The notes below the pieces were generated by a model. That model had not been told where the DNA came from and searched no databases. It saw only the letters and a program-made list of their open reading frames with translations. This document shows positions 49,437-63,123 of a stretch of 64,000 nucleotides of DNA, piece by piece; position 1 is the stretch's first letter, and each line of letters begins with the position of its first letter. Both the position numbers and the translations under genes were made by a program. The stretch is from the NCBI GenBank assembly GCA_965112155.1, contig OZ218103.1, one strand, 5' to 3'. This DNA is from Podarcis liolepis (Eukaryota).

Positions 49437-52400
49437 CCATGCCCATCGTCCCCCTCTTTGTTCTGATGATGCCTTGTGACACTGGTCTTGTGCTGATCAC
49501 ACTCATTTGGACAGGAAAAAGGAACAGGACACATTCCTAGTGGGTTGTTACTTCCTGGTATCTTGTCGAGTATCTTGACAATGCTACAAGGCTGCATGCA
49601 TCTGCTGTATTAGGATACTGTGTTTATTCCAGAGTTCCATATCCACATGATGCCCTGGCACGTGCCGTTTCCGAAAGCTTACAAAATTAGCCAACCAATC
49701 GTTGCTTTGCTCAGATATTTCACAGAAGTGTGCACTCGTACCCCTTTGTCTCCAGGCTAGAGCTCCCTTGTCAAAAGAATCCATTTTTAGAACTAAATAT
49801 ACTGTTGTACAGCAAGTCATGCAGAAGGCTTATCCGTCTGATTTGTGTTCATGCAAGATTTCTTCCCATCGCGTCTGCATGCAAATCCATTTGAAGTTTA
49901 GATAAATAACTACATTAAAGCAAAACAAAGGAAATAGCAGTGACACCAAAAGGATTTTCTCAGCTTCTTTGAATATCTGCATCGTCTTAAGAGTCTTGCA
50001 ACCATCGGTGCATTATCATATTTTTCTTTCCTGACTTCACTCTGTTATAGCTTTTGTGACACAAGCAGCTTCAAGCATCGTAGCAGCTATTGCAGCACTC
50101 TGCTTAGGGGCAGCTACAGTAAAGAAATATTCAGGGCTGCCATTCTTGTATCTCCAAAAATCCTTTTCTACTCCACCTGTACACTTAGAGACAATGAGTT
50201 GTATCCAACTAAATCCACTTAGAGTAAACACACTGAAATTAATGGACCTAAGTTGGTTATCTCTGTTTATTTCAGTGGGTCGACTCGGAGTATTGTTGGA
50301 CACAGCCCAAAGTATATATTCAATGTTGTGGTATAGGGTGGTATTCCAGTGAGTTTTACTCAGAGCAAACTCATTAACTTAGTGGACTTTGTTCATTAAT
50401 TTCAATGGGTCTATTCTGAGTTAAACCTATTACCCATAGTTCGCTGAAATCCTAGTACTCCAGAACTCTATCTTTGACTGCTCCCACATGCACGTTGTAA
50501 AATCTTATGTATTTCTAATGTTCCCATTGTTACAGCTGTAAATTTTACAATAAAACAGAAGAATTGAATCAAATGCTATAACAATAAAGTAAATTAAATA
50601 GACAGACGAAAACTGATAATATGAACTAAAAGAGGAAGCAAAACACATTCAGTACTTTAGAATTGGGAACATCTAAAAAATAAAGATAATGCTAAGCCAA
50701 ACAACAGCATAGCATGAACATGTCCAAAACTCTGTATGAACTCTGCAAATGAGATTGTAGCCGTTTTGCATTTTTGGGAGCTAAGTCATCATGCGGTTTA
50801 GAATGTTGTCTGAACCCAGGCTGATGGTTTGTCTGACAAACCACAATTTCACACTTGTCTCCAAATTTTGCAATATATATCAAATAACGTACCACAGTAA
50901 ATTAAAAATTACATATTTTAGGGTGAGATACGTTTATAAATGCATACACAAAGATAAAATGAACATATATTTTGTGATAAAACTAGTATTTTAATACATG
51001 TTTTTCTGTGTTTTCTTTTAAAACACAGATTGATTTAGAAACGGAATGGACCCATGAAGGAACACATGGAAACTGATGGAAAGATACTAATCCATCCATC
51101 TGTGGGCCCACCAGGGGTCACTTCGGCCTGGGCCCCCTCAATCCTGGAGCTGGTCCTCACATGGGCTATGCAGGATTGCCCCTTATCTGATGGACCCTTC
51201 CAATTCTGGAAAGAAAAGTTGCTGTGGTAAAACTCCTGTGAAGAAGGGAAGGGGGAGAATCCGCCGACTGACTCCTGTCTCAACTGAACAATTCCTCCTC
51301 TTGATGTGTGTGGAGGCCTGATCTCCTTGGAAAGCCAAGTGGAAAATGCTAGGCTGTGATGCAGAGACAAACAGGCAACATTCAAATCGACGGTGCAGCT
51401 AACTCTGTCGCTATTCGCCTAAGAATGGCTTTCTTTCATAGTCAGCAAGTCATCTCGGCAGCAGCATTAGCTCATCAGAAAAGTTCCTTCAGAGACTTCT
51501 TGGTTTTCACTCCCCGGCTCCACTTTCCTTGCATGCTTTATTTGTTTCCTCTTCAGTGCTCCCTCTCCCTCTCAGTCTCCTTGCTGCTTTTAACCTTCCT
51601 CCAAGGATCTGCCGCAGAAATCTCTCCGCTGGCCATTGTACACAGCTCGGGGCCTTGTTGAGTTTATTAGTTCACTGAGGGCCCTAACTTCCAAAGGAAT
51701 TAGCTTGCTCTTTTGTTTCTCAGTCTGCCCAAGCCCTGCACGAGCCTCATCAGAAAGTGTAGGGCTGTGTCTGAGCTGTTTTTAACAGAGCTTTGAGGGG
51801 CCACTTGGCGACAGTTCAAATCTCTGGTGAACTGCTCATTATATTTCTAATAAAGACATGTGTCTGTGTTTCTTTTTATTGGGCTGGAGTAGAGCACCAA
51901 GAGCAAGCATGCGTTTTCATTCAAAATCACACAGAAAATGCAGAGCAAACCTTTATTTTCCCTGTCCGAAAATCGGCGGCTGGGGGGGGGGGGGACGGGA
52001 CAGGTTGTAAATTAACCACTCAGGGTTATGAAATCTACTGGCCAGTCGCTGTTTCAGCCACTCATGACCGCTTTTGTCCACAGATCGTGATTTGTTTGAG
52101 GGGGTTGTAACATCATGGACTGGTGCACATCTGATGACTTGTATGTGTGAATGGGCCTTCACGTGTACAACACACTGCAGCCAAACAGTCATCTCAAATA
52201 TGCAGTGCTTTGCATCAGAGCCTGTTCATACATTTAGTTGCCAGATACCAAAACCTGATTTTATTTAATTCTTTCATTTGTGTGAATAAAAGGCTCATTC
52301 TGGGCACAAAAGGGGTTAAATCCAGTAGATGCTTCCACGGATGGAAGAGAGGGGGAGGATATTTTTGTTGATTTACCCTTCCACCAGTAGCCCCCATCCT

Positions 52401-53899
52401 GTACCAACTCCTACACTGTTCCGAAGAGCCAATTAACCCTCTGGAGAAGATGGGGTGGCAAAAGGGAGAGATCAGGAAAGGAGAGATCAGGAAAATAAGC
52501 CTGCCCCTTCATTGCATGGGAGCAAAAAAATCAGTAGAGTTTTTCACAATGAGGAATTGTGAAGAAGTTCAGTTCAGTTCCCATTTAAAGGTGAGGTTTG
52601 CGTTTCATGTTTGGAAACAACACCCAAACTAATATACAACCATTCTTTGAGAATCACACTTGCCCAAATTTTGCAATGCCATTCTCCAGGCAGGTAGTGT
52701 GCACAAAATGGCATCATATCAGAGTAAAGTGTGCAAAAAATATACTGGTGAAACCATCAATCAACGGTCTCTGGGTGCCTTATACAACCATACACAAGGG
52801 ATGATGTATAACAGCAGGCTAGTCTGCAGATGACTGGGGAACCTATAAGGCATTAGTTTGACTGGATGGACTCACACAGTAGCTTTCCAGCTTCTGTGCC
52901 TTTCCATAAGAAACAGCACTCAATTAAGTCATATCTATGTGGCTTTAAATACAGGCCAATGCACAATGATGCAAGGATTTGAGAGATCCGCAATTTAACT
53001 TCACTGTAAAGCTTTCCTCCTATGTAATCCTGCTTAAATCTGGAACAAGGATAGATCACAGGGAGCACAACGCTCTTTGTTCTCTGCGTATCTCCAAATG
53101 ACTCTGGCAGCTCCCTGAGGATGTATAAACAATGCACAGATCTGCGGTGGCTGAAGGAGTATGTTTATTTGACATCAAGACTTAAATCTGAAGATCATAA
53201 TACATGGAAAAGATGCACCACGCTAGCCCACCTTTTTTGCAATAAGCAAATAGGGACTTGCCTCATTATCAGATTTTGTTCCCCACAAAGGGCACAGGGG
53301 GCACCTCATTTGGTAACAGATTTGCCCTGAAGTGCCAGAACGTTTGAAAAGACTTAAGCTCTGAGGAAACCTAGAGCCTATTTCTATGTCCTGTGACCTC
53401 AGGCTGGGCTCTACTTTGTTCAAACGCTGTGTTTCATTACATGGTCTGTTTAAACTCCCAGCTTTCTCCATAGTCCACACAGAGGAACATAGTATCGTTT
53501 CAGAAGTAATTGTGCCAGAAAGCCCTGTACAAAGAAAGCTAGATAGCTCTCTCCTTCGCCCCTCAGCTTAAGCGGTGGAAACAGCAGGTAAGGGCACTGG
53601 AGTTTTGTTGGAAATGGAACATGGAACATAAAACATTTTGCCACTCGGGAGTTGTCCACAGAGGCAAGGAGACAGTGATGTGATATTTGAAGTTTAAAAC
53701 AGATTAAGAAAACGAACAGATTAAGAGAACTGACTGTGAGGTTGGAGGGAGAACTTGTTTGTGGTGGGATTTTTCCTGTCCCAATGGGATACTATTTGGG
53801 AACTATTCCCCTCATTGTTGTCAATCCCTCTTTCAAGAGAACTCTGGGAATTCTAGCTCTGTGAGGAGAATGGGGGCTTTCTCTACAACTCAGCACCTT

Positions 53900-54025
53900 C
53901 ACAGAATCATAGAACCGTAGAGTTGGAAGGGGTCCTGAGGATCATCTGGTCCAAGTGCCCCATACGGGGATTGAACCTGCAACCTTGGTATTACCAGCAC
54001 CATGCTCTGACCAATGGAGCTATCC
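53900..54025 (-). mobile_element. tRNA-derived SINE with CR1 3' tail (Squam2-like), nested in an older DNA element
   Basis: Minus strand: ggatagctccattggtcagagcatggtgctg...ggttcaatcccc head, then ccccttccaactctacggttctatgattctgtg CR1-type tail. Confidence 0.8.
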
Positions 54026-54147
54026 CTTAGCAAACTGCAGCTCCCATGATTCTTTGGGGGAAGCCATGACTGCTTAAACTGGCGTGATGCAAGTGTTTCC
54101 CCCACTTATGCACAACTGACGCACACGTGAACATGTATATGCAAGGC

Positions 54148-54320
54148 NNNNNNNNNNNNNNNNNNNNNNNNNNNNNNNNNNNNNNNNNNNNNNNNNNNNN
54201 NNNNNNNNNNNNNNNNNNNNNNNNNNNNNNNNNNNNNNNNNNNNNNNNNNNNNNNNNNNNNNNNNNNNNNNNNNNNNNNNNNNNNNNNNNNNNNNNNNNN
54301 NNNNNNNNNNNNNNNNNNNN
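54148..54320. other. assembly gap (173 N)
   Basis: Run of n. Confidence 1.
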
Positions 54321-54403
54321 AGGAAATGGAGGGAGAGAGCAGGAGAGTCCTTCAATACAACTTTTTGGTTCCAGAAACTTATTCTGATTGTGCTGATAAA
54401 GTA

Positions 54404-54645
54404 CAGTGGTACCTCAGGTTACAGACGCTTCAGGTCACAGACGCTTCAGGTTACAGACTCCGCTAACCCAGAAATGGTACCTCGGGTTCAGAACATTGCT
54501 TCAGGATGAGAACAGAAATTGCGCGGCGGCAGCGTGGCGGCAGCAGGAGGCCCCATTAACTAAAGTGATACCTCAGGTTAAGAACAGTTTCAGGTTTAGA
54601 ACGAACCTCCGGAATGAATTAAGTTCTTAACCTGAGGTACCACTG
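54404..54645 (-). mobile_element. Tigger/pogo-like MITE (opposite orientation)
   Basis: ta|cagtggtacctcaggtta...taacctgaggtaccactg|ta. Interior is the reverse complement of 13962-14203. Confidence 0.9.
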
Positions 54646-57163
54646 TATAACAGATAGAATTCTACAGGATGTGTTGCTAGTGTGTGAAAACACTCAATAT
54701 CCAAGGATCCCTAGGCATGCACGTCCAGATGGTATAGACATTAGGCGCCATCCTGGCATCTTCACTAGGTTGCAAGTGGCCAATAGCCAGGAGCAAAATG
54801 CGCCTGGTGAATTTCGAACACTGATGGTCAGCCAAATGTCAACACAGATTTTGAACTCAGTAGCCACTAGCGACACCTTAATTTACACACCTCCTCTTTT
54901 ATAAAGTTAAGAATTGACATTGCCGAGATCCCACTGACATTTCAGTAAAAGCAAAACAGAATGAATGTGATGGCTCCTCATCAACGAAAACATCAGATAA
55001 AATTCCAACACAAGTGTTTCAATGAAAGTAGTTATTCCCCATCCCACCAGAAAGGGCTTTTACATACCGCTAGTTTTTTTACCAGAGGTAAAAGTCAAAT
55101 AATATTTGTAGCTGAAATATCCAGGGATTTTAAGTTTTGATAACACTAGCAAATTTGAGACAAGAGGTCTTCATAATTTTAATTCTTAACATGTATATGA
55201 TATTTTCAGTTTTCCTTGTATTCTTTGGGAATAGGATTGTATCCAGAAGGAGATTCTGATGCAAGACTGTTTAGATAGAAGCAATAGTTCTCCTCTGAAT
55301 AAAAACTTAATTTTTTAAATAAATTAAATTAAATTTTAGAATGCAATACGGTCAAAATCACTGTTTAAAGTCCACTTTATTATTTTTGAATGAGTTCACT
55401 GTAGAAATCAAGCTCTGACTCAGTTCTTCCACCACCTCCTTGCCGTTACTAAAAGAAAAATAAATTCATCTTCTCATTAGGGAACAAGTGGAATGTTATC
55501 CTTTGCCAGGAACCTACAGTTAAGGGGGAGAGTGCATTTTTCTAAGGCAGTGTCTAATCCCATTATAAGGTCTGATACAGCTGCAGCAGAGATAAACTGG
55601 GGAGCCATTTAGAAAATTTAGGTTAGTTATAATAGCCTGAGCAAATCTATTTCTAACTTACTGTATTTCCTAATTCCTAGCCTAATCCAGAGCCTTGAGA
55701 ATTTCATGGTGTGTGTGGGTGTGTGCATATTCGGCACACATATATACACAAACGTGCATGTGTGTTTCTGTGTGTGTTCAGTTGTACAGTAGCCCAATGC
55801 AAAGGAGAATAGGGTTTTTGCCTTTTCAACAGGAAGTTTCAGCAGGTACAGCAGCTTTCCTCTGAACGACCAACTGCACTTGTCAAAATCCCCTCTCCTT
55901 TCCTGTAATTTGCCTCTGGTTCCTCTGTAGTTCAGCATGGTGTATAGTGAAAGATTGGGGTAGGGGTTTTGATACCATAGCTTCCAAAAGCACCTTTCAA
56001 TGGCCTTTTCATTCCCAACAGAACCCCCTGCACAAGGTGTGTACTGCCTGAGGTTTATTTTCAGTCTCAGGAAGGCAGCAAAACCAGGTGCCCCTGGCAA
56101 ACATTCCAAAATGGGTTGATGGGCTATAACAGGTCACAAGTTACCGTATATACGCCAGCTCTTGTGTTTTGCTTTCATGATACAGATTCCTGGATTTTGA
56201 GAGCCACTTAACACCTTATAGTCCTTGTCATAGATATGGCTTGAGGGAGCACTAGCTTAAATGAAAACCAGCACATATCTCCCCCCCCCCCTTTTTCTAC
56301 TTAGGCAACAGAGATGAGTATGCCTGTTTTCGAATGCACACGGCAGACGCATAAGCCTGCTGCATGTAACAATTTTGATTTTGAGTAAAACGTGTGGACA
56401 AAACAAGTCAGATATTGCAAGCTGCAAACAAGCTAGAGAGGACCTAATGGTGTCAAAATGGCGGCCAAGTAGCCAGGGGAGCCTTTATCTCAAACCTGTC
56501 CCTCTGCCTTCTTTCCACAATAAAAAACACTGTTCAGATCTTTTTCTCCCCTCCTCCAAAGCATGGTGTACCAGCAGGCTCTGGGCACACATAGGAAAGA
56601 TTTGGAACAAAACACAAACATTTTCTGACACTGTCAAAGCAGATAGAGTCTGATAACGAGATATCCTTGATTCCCTTCTATTGATGTTCCTCCGGCAAAA
56701 GCTCGGCTGAAGAGATGAGCCCTGTGCTCTGTCCCTTGAAGGTTAGAGGACCAGCTGTGATGGGCCAACAAGTGAAGCAAAGCTGAAAGCATGTCACTGA
56801 GAACTATCTGCCTCCAGGACCCAGAAGTGCTAAAACAAGAGTGTCTAATGGAGGGGGGGGGAAGGTCCCAACAAATGTACTGCATTCAACAATGGCACGC
56901 CGGTGAAGAAAGATGCCATCTCTAGCAAAATCCTAAATCACGTATAATGACGACCGATGATGGCGATTGCTTAATGATTCCTCCAAAGAGCTGAAGGAAG
57001 CTTACAGGATTGTCTGCACCCGCCCCAATTTTATTCTCACAACAACCCATTACTGAGAGAGAGACTGGTTGACCAAAAATAAACCGAGAGGAGATTTGAA
57101 CCTGGGCTGGCCATAATTCTAGTCTAATACTAATTTCTATACAATGGTGTCTCCTAAATATCC

Positions 57164-57945
57164 TGTTGATGTGGAGAAGCCAATTGCGTGGACAGGCGGA
57201 GTCCCCAGATCCTGCACGGTCCCCCCGTCATGTGAATAACGACTCAAGACAACGTGCTATGGGATTAAATTGGCCACAACTTTATTAAATTTCAAATGTG
57301 GGTAGACCTTGGCTCAGGCATTGGGCGTTCTCCCTCCCCGGTCCCCAGCCGGGGACCTAGGGAGCATCAGGGTTATCCAGTTTGTGTGTGGGGGATGGGC
57401 CGGCTCTGGAGAACATATGTTCAAGCAGAGATGGCCGCCCCCGCCGCTGGAGGGAGCAATGACGACCTTTCGGTGTACGGCCAAAGCCTCCCTTCAGAAA
57501 ACCCCTTTAACGGGGAACCCTGGTATCGCCGCCGCAAAAGGAAGATGGACAAAAGGATTCCGCCCAAGGCCTGATACCGCCACCCGAGACCGCCTCCCTC
57601 TATTGTGTGGGCAGGTAATCCCTCCCCTACCTGGCCTGGTCTCCTTGGCAACTCTTCCCCCAGGTGGGATTGGACAACTGACTGAGGTAGGTGGAGACCT
57701 CCAGGTATCCCACCTGAGGGAAGGCAAAGCCAAGCCTATGCTGTTGGAGCCGCTCCAGATTCAGGGGCTGCACGCGTCCACGCAAAGGGCGCCCCCCGTT
57801 TTAAGCGGGGAGCGGTCGTTCCCAACATTTCCATCATAACCTAGTACAAAAAAGGAGCTCAGATGTTGGGGCTATTAAAGGGCAAGGACCTCACCTCAAT
57901 TACATCACGGAGGGCAACTCCCCCCCCCTAAGTTCTTCACCAACA
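57164..57945 (-). mobile_element. probable solo LTR or DIRS-type terminal repeat
   Basis: Sharply bounded GC/CpG-rich block. TG...CA imperfect inverted ends (tgttg...gagaa / ttcttcaccaaca). Minus-strand AATAAAgttgtggcc about 110 nt from the end. No clean TSD. Confidence 0.5.
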
Positions 57946-59834
57946 ACGAACCTATCATAATAATCTGGGCCTTTTGTGAGCAAATAATAAACAACTCCAC
58001 GAAGATATATCTAAGCATCACCTGGATTTTTTTAGAAATGCCCAGTCAGCCAGCTAAGCTGAATTATTATCTATAGGGGGTAGTCTAAGAGGCCCAAACC
58101 CTCCCTGAATCTTTTCTGCTGGACCTCCGGATTTCCTATTTCTTCCTCCTCCTTTTTGTTCACTACAGAGAGGGTTCTGCACACTGCAAAGTACAGTAAA
58201 AATCAGACCCCACCCACCCACCAATTCCATTAAGCCCTGACAGCAAAATACAAAGTATGTCAGCCCAAAGTCAGCCTAAATTTGCATCTTTACATGTAAA
58301 TTAGCCGGTGCATATTTTAGGCACATTTGTGTCATGGGCCTATGCTTCAAGCCTCTTGAAAACCTAGCCACACAACAAGCTTGCTCAAAGAAGCTTGGCC
58401 CATCACTTTTCCTTGAAAGCTCACCACCGCCTTTCCACATTGGACTCTTCTGCCCTTATTTTTCCCTTTCTTATCTAGTTCTTATCACCCTCAGCTGCCT
58501 AAAGGTCTTCTGTTCTCTTGACGTGGTGTGTTCCGCTATTTTTCTTTTATGCCATAAATCCGTTCCCAAAGTACCTGTGCTGGTACCACTGTTTTGTCCA
58601 GCACCCCCTTCTCACTCTATGGCCCATGCAAGATTGAGGTCTATCGCAAAACTTCCACCAAGCCTCACATCCAGAGGGCATTCTGATGCAGTAGACCTAT
58701 TTTGTAAAGTTCCAAGACTAAAGCTAATTTGAGCCAAGTACTTTGAGGGGTTTTCTGTTACACAGAGGAACAAGAAGTTTCCCATTGTTACCCTTGCTCT
58801 TAGCTATTGTTATAGAACCGTTTGCAATCCCAAAAAGAAATGGATGCAATAAGAGGAAACTGTTCCAATGAGCTTCCCCAGTTGGATGAATAAAATTTTG
58901 TCTCATCGGTGTTGACTTTGAATTGATTTTAAATCTACCTGCTGTTATTTTCTGCATCACTTTTAACTTCTTTTTAAAAGCTGTTTTTAACGTATCTGTA
59001 CATTGCCTGAACATGTGTGTGGAAGGTGATTACTTAATTAAACAACAACAACAACGAAAACAAAAACAGACTTTAACTGGGCTTTTGGAAGGCAAGATCT
59101 TTCCTGCTACCCTCAAATCAGCTGCTTGCTCCTGAAGGCGGGGGGCAGCCAGGCCATTTCCTGCACTCGTGAATCTCCCTCAGGCATCACAGAGAGCCAG
59201 ATGCTTCACATACCTTGCCTCCCTCGTTCCTTGGGGTAGACCAGATGGTCAGCAGTGATGCACAAAAGGCTTATATGAAAAGAGGAAGGATGCTGCTGTT
59301 TTGAGGTATAGAACTTCAGCATCCAAATTAGGCAAATGGCACAGAACTCTGGACTTGGCAACGGCAGGGGGCGGGCGGGGAGAGGAATCCCTTACCGTCT
59401 TAGGTCTTATATCTGCAGTGCATCTTGGAAAAGAGTTTGGCACTTCAGGGATACACCCACTGCACTTTCAAAATGTTCTCCTCTCAGTGCATTGCCCTGG
59501 ATTTTGGGTGCCATATGGCTGCTGCAAATTGATGCGCAACAGCTGAAATTGATTATCATCCAGCAGATGCTCAATGATCCCACATCTGGTTTCGTTAAGG
59601 TTATAGGTGACTCAGTCTCTTTACCTGCATTACATAAGAGGTAACTAAAGTGTTTAAGGCGTACAGGTAAAGAATGAAAATGCTAACTGCTTCAATCGAT
59701 TCACTATTTCTGTAGGAAGTGGAAAAGTCCTAGCATACCTCTTGATGACTCTTGCTTATTCAAACTCATGTGTCCCTCTGTGTGCAACACCCTCCTGTCA
59801 GATGTCAAAGAGATAAACAACTACACAACTATTA

Positions 59835-59984
59835 GAAGACATCTGAAGGCAGCCCTGTATAGAGAAGTTTTTAATGGTGGCTGTTTTTTGGTGGTCTTAT
59901 ATGTAATGTAAGCCACCCAGAGTGGCTGGGGAAACTCAGTCAGATGGGCTGGGTATAATTAAAATAATAATAGCTATTATTATT

Positions 59985-60020
<36 letters not shown>
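59835..60020 (+). mobile_element. L2 3' end followed by (ATC)n microsatellite
   Basis: agaagacatctgaaggcagccctgtatag...tgtaagccacccagagtggctgggg...aataataata. Confidence 0.75.
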
Positions 60021-60021
<1 letters not shown>

Positions 60022-60445
60022 CTGCTTACTCAGTGGGTGTGGGTTGAGGACCTTCACTCTCCACCTCCTTCCTGGCAATCCCCCACAACCATTGCGACCA
60101 TGGGGGCGTAACTTCCCAGCAAGTAGACAGGTTCAAATGGGCCAATCAGGGCCTAGGTCTTGGGGAATTCCTTTGCTGGCCAGCTGAGCACTGGCCACAG
60201 CCATGACTGGCTAAGCAGCAACACATAAAAGTGCTGGCTGAATGTGGCCTCCGCAGCACAGTTGGCTGAAGAAGCAACCCTCACCCTTACCTTTAATCAT
60301 TATGTCATTTCAGGTTGAAAGTTCAACAATGCAGCTTAAACGTATTTCATTTCCAGGTTGCTGACTTAACCATGTTTCTTCCAGGCCTTTTGTTTTCAGA
60401 CAGGTTTGAGTCCTTATGTTTACTGACCTTGCTATGGGTGCTAAT

Positions 60446-61233
60446 CAGTGCCAGATTTACGTATAAGCTAAACAAGCTATATCTTAGGGCCGCACTCTCT
60501 TGGGCCCCCCCCAAAAATTTAAAGAAAAAAACCCTGGATGTACATTGCCAAAATATAAGATAAAAAACAAATAAAATAAAACCTACGTACAGCAACAGTG
60601 TTTTGTGTTGTGTGGGCTCCTTTGAAGTAAGTAATGGGCCCCGCCTGCTAGCCTGCTCCCTAAAATATTCTGCATGGACTGGTTGCATAGCAGCATTTGC
60701 AAATGGCTTTAGATACCTATTAGGTCCATAAATACCTGGGATGTGGGTGGCGCTGTGGGTTAAACCACAGAGCCTAGGACTTGCCAATCAGAAGGTTGGC
60801 GGTTCAAATCCCCGTGGCGAGGTGAGCTCCCATTGCTCAGTCCCTGTTCCTGCCAACCTAGCAGTTCGAAAGCACGTCAAATTGCAAGTAGATAAATAGG
60901 TACTGCTCCGGTGGGAAGGTAAACGGCATTTCCGTGTGCTGCTCTGGTTCGCCAGAAGCGGCTTAGTCATGCTGGCCACATGACCCGGAAGCTGTACACC
61001 GGCTCCCTCAGCCAATAAAGTGAGATGAGCACCGCAACCCCAGAGTCGGTCACGACTGGACCTAATGGTCAGGGGTCCCTTTACCTTTACCTTTAGGTCT
61101 ATAAATTACCATATAGCATATATTCAACACAAAAAACGGTGACAATTTGTTGTTGACAAAGGACAGCTGGGCATATAAAAAGCCTCATTACCTTTAGTAG
61201 ATTAGGGCCTCATCAAACCGAAATCCGGTCCTG
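60446..61233 (+). mobile_element. hAT MITE with nested Sauria SINE
   Basis: Termini cagtgccagattta / gaaatccggtcctg. Perfect 8-bp TSD gtgctaat (60438-60445, 61234-61241). Confidence 0.9.
60738..61092 (+). mobile_element. Sauria SINE
   Basis: Full length, (ACCTTT)n tail, TSD-like ttaggtc(c/t)ataaat. Confidence 0.95.
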
Positions 61234-63123
61234 GTGCTAATAGTTGCCATATTCGGAGCAGGGAAGGAATTTCCCTCTAGACAAATTGGCCAGTCAAAAG
61301 GTTTTGCCTTCTCCATAGGAAAACATCACAACTTTGGGCGGTTAAGGCATTCGTTGACATTCTAGTATTGAAACTTGGGTGAAGTGGGGCATCACCCAGT
61401 ACTGATCCAGTGGCGTATTCAGGTTACCCTCTTAGAGGAGTCTTGGTAGAAGTCTCTGTACAGAAGCCAAGCATGGGGCAGATGGGTCATAGTGACTCCA
61501 GTGATGGCCACATCAATAGATCGAAATCTTGGGGAGGCCATATCCTGGCTCTACCCTGCAGCGGTTTCAGCCCCTCAGCAGGAGTCTGAAATGAATATAT
61601 ACCCAATGCCTGATCCAAAGCTCCACCTACACCTCTAAACAATAAAATTGTGGCCATTTTCAGTCCAAACTGGTTGTCTGCTTCATTCTGTCCTGTCACA
61701 GGTTATCTAGGTACTGGCAGGGAGAAGGATGGCAGTGCAACAGGGTCCACAATGTCAGACCCATCTCCTGCAAAAGATGGCTGTTCCCAGGGATCGAATT
61801 AAGAGTCCCTAAAGACGTAAAGCATGCGCTCTACCACTGAACTCCGACCTCTGCCAAACACATAAATATTCCATTTTGAATGTCACCCTGGGTAGGGAGG
61901 GATACCAGAAAGTGCTGTTTGCGTCTCCGATAAATCAAGGCATAGGGGAAAGGCCTACAAGGGTCGATTCTACTTCCAGGACCATTGCAACCTTCTTCAT
62001 TGTGACAAATGAAGACTTTTTTTTTATGCCAACAGGTCTATTCAGTTATTTAATTTTCTTTTTTTAGATGAGCCAGTCATTCTTGTGATTGTATTTTACA
62101 CTATTTTCTGTTGTGCACCAACTTGCTATTTTACGTGAATGAGCAGTATATAAATACTTGTATAAATAAATAAATAAAAAATAACATAGCCCTAGGGGCC
62201 TTTTTCTTCCCCATTAGCCTTTTCTCCATATAAGGCCCATGCACAAAATTAGAAAGTCCATGCATTTACACTAAATTGCTACTGTTTTATGAATGATTCA
62301 AGCAATACCATCTGTGCCACATGATTATCGACATTTACTTGTTTAATTTCAGTCATTCTATAGGATTATGTGCTCAACATATACGAGTGTCTTTTAAAGT
62401 ATTTGTCTAGTGCAGAACACTCACTACTTTTGGACTTTCTCCAGGAAACTCTGTAAAAATCTGTTTTTACAAAGAGAACAAATTTGCAGAACAAAAATGG
62501 GAAATTTCACACATTCCAACAGCCAAGTTACATTTCTTTTTGAAACAGGAAACAGCATCGCCTTTTCCTTGGCAAAGTAAAAGAGAATTAAGCAGCAGAG
62601 ACCGTAGATATTTTTTTAAAAAAACAGAACTCCTACACCTCATTGTTAAAACATGTGTGAGATATTACACAAGTTGAGCAATGGGAGGTCTCTGGGCTGC
62701 TGGGATTAGTTCATATTCTTTCAATGTAGTTTTTCCCTACGTACCATAGACTGGACCATTAGTTTCTTCTTCAGCACCAGAGATAATCAGGGAGAAAACA
62801 GAGGGAGTACTTCTAAGGAATTCTCTCTGCTGAGGAATAGGACATGACCTTTCCACTCCAAATCAGGCGTTCTACTTTGCTAGATTGATGCTAACCAGTT
62901 AGCACAATCACATGCTCACCACTAAGGGTGTCAATGATTTGTGCAAGGCCAAGAAATATTTGTCACACCCATGGATTTCACCCACAGGGTCAATTCACTT
63001 GTCTCATCTCATGGGAGTTTAGTTTGGAGAGGTCTTGGTCTTGCACATAAATCTCTCCTATGTAGAATCTCATATATGTCTATGAACATATATGCACATA
63101 CCTCACCCATGTGATCTATCTAA

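Noticed and set aside
15878-53728. Short tandem duplications (about 15878-15909, 29461-29505, 52465-52495, 53698-53728) as arrays or CRISPR
   Set aside because: Only two or three adjacent units with no spacers, in a eukaryotic context. These are ordinary slippage or repair duplications.
30018-54025. tRNA genes at 30018 and 53960
   Set aside because: A and B boxes are degenerate and continue into SINE bodies or tails, so these are SINE heads.
54074-54387. ORFs spanning X runs
   Set aside because: Artefacts of the N gap.
57296-57839. Overlapping 76-176 aa ORFs
   Set aside because: Expected in GC-rich sequence. No recognisable domain or splice context.
60305-60410. Run of acceptor-like YnCAG|G sites as recursive splice sites
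   Set aside because: None is followed by a consensus GTRAG donor.
26867-61015. Recurrent ORFs containing TCFRTARLAGAGTEQ
   Set aside because: Antisense translations of Sauria SINE copies.
62770-62790. REST/RE1 site (ttcagcaccagagataatc)
   Set aside because: Only the left half matches and the GGACAG half is absent.
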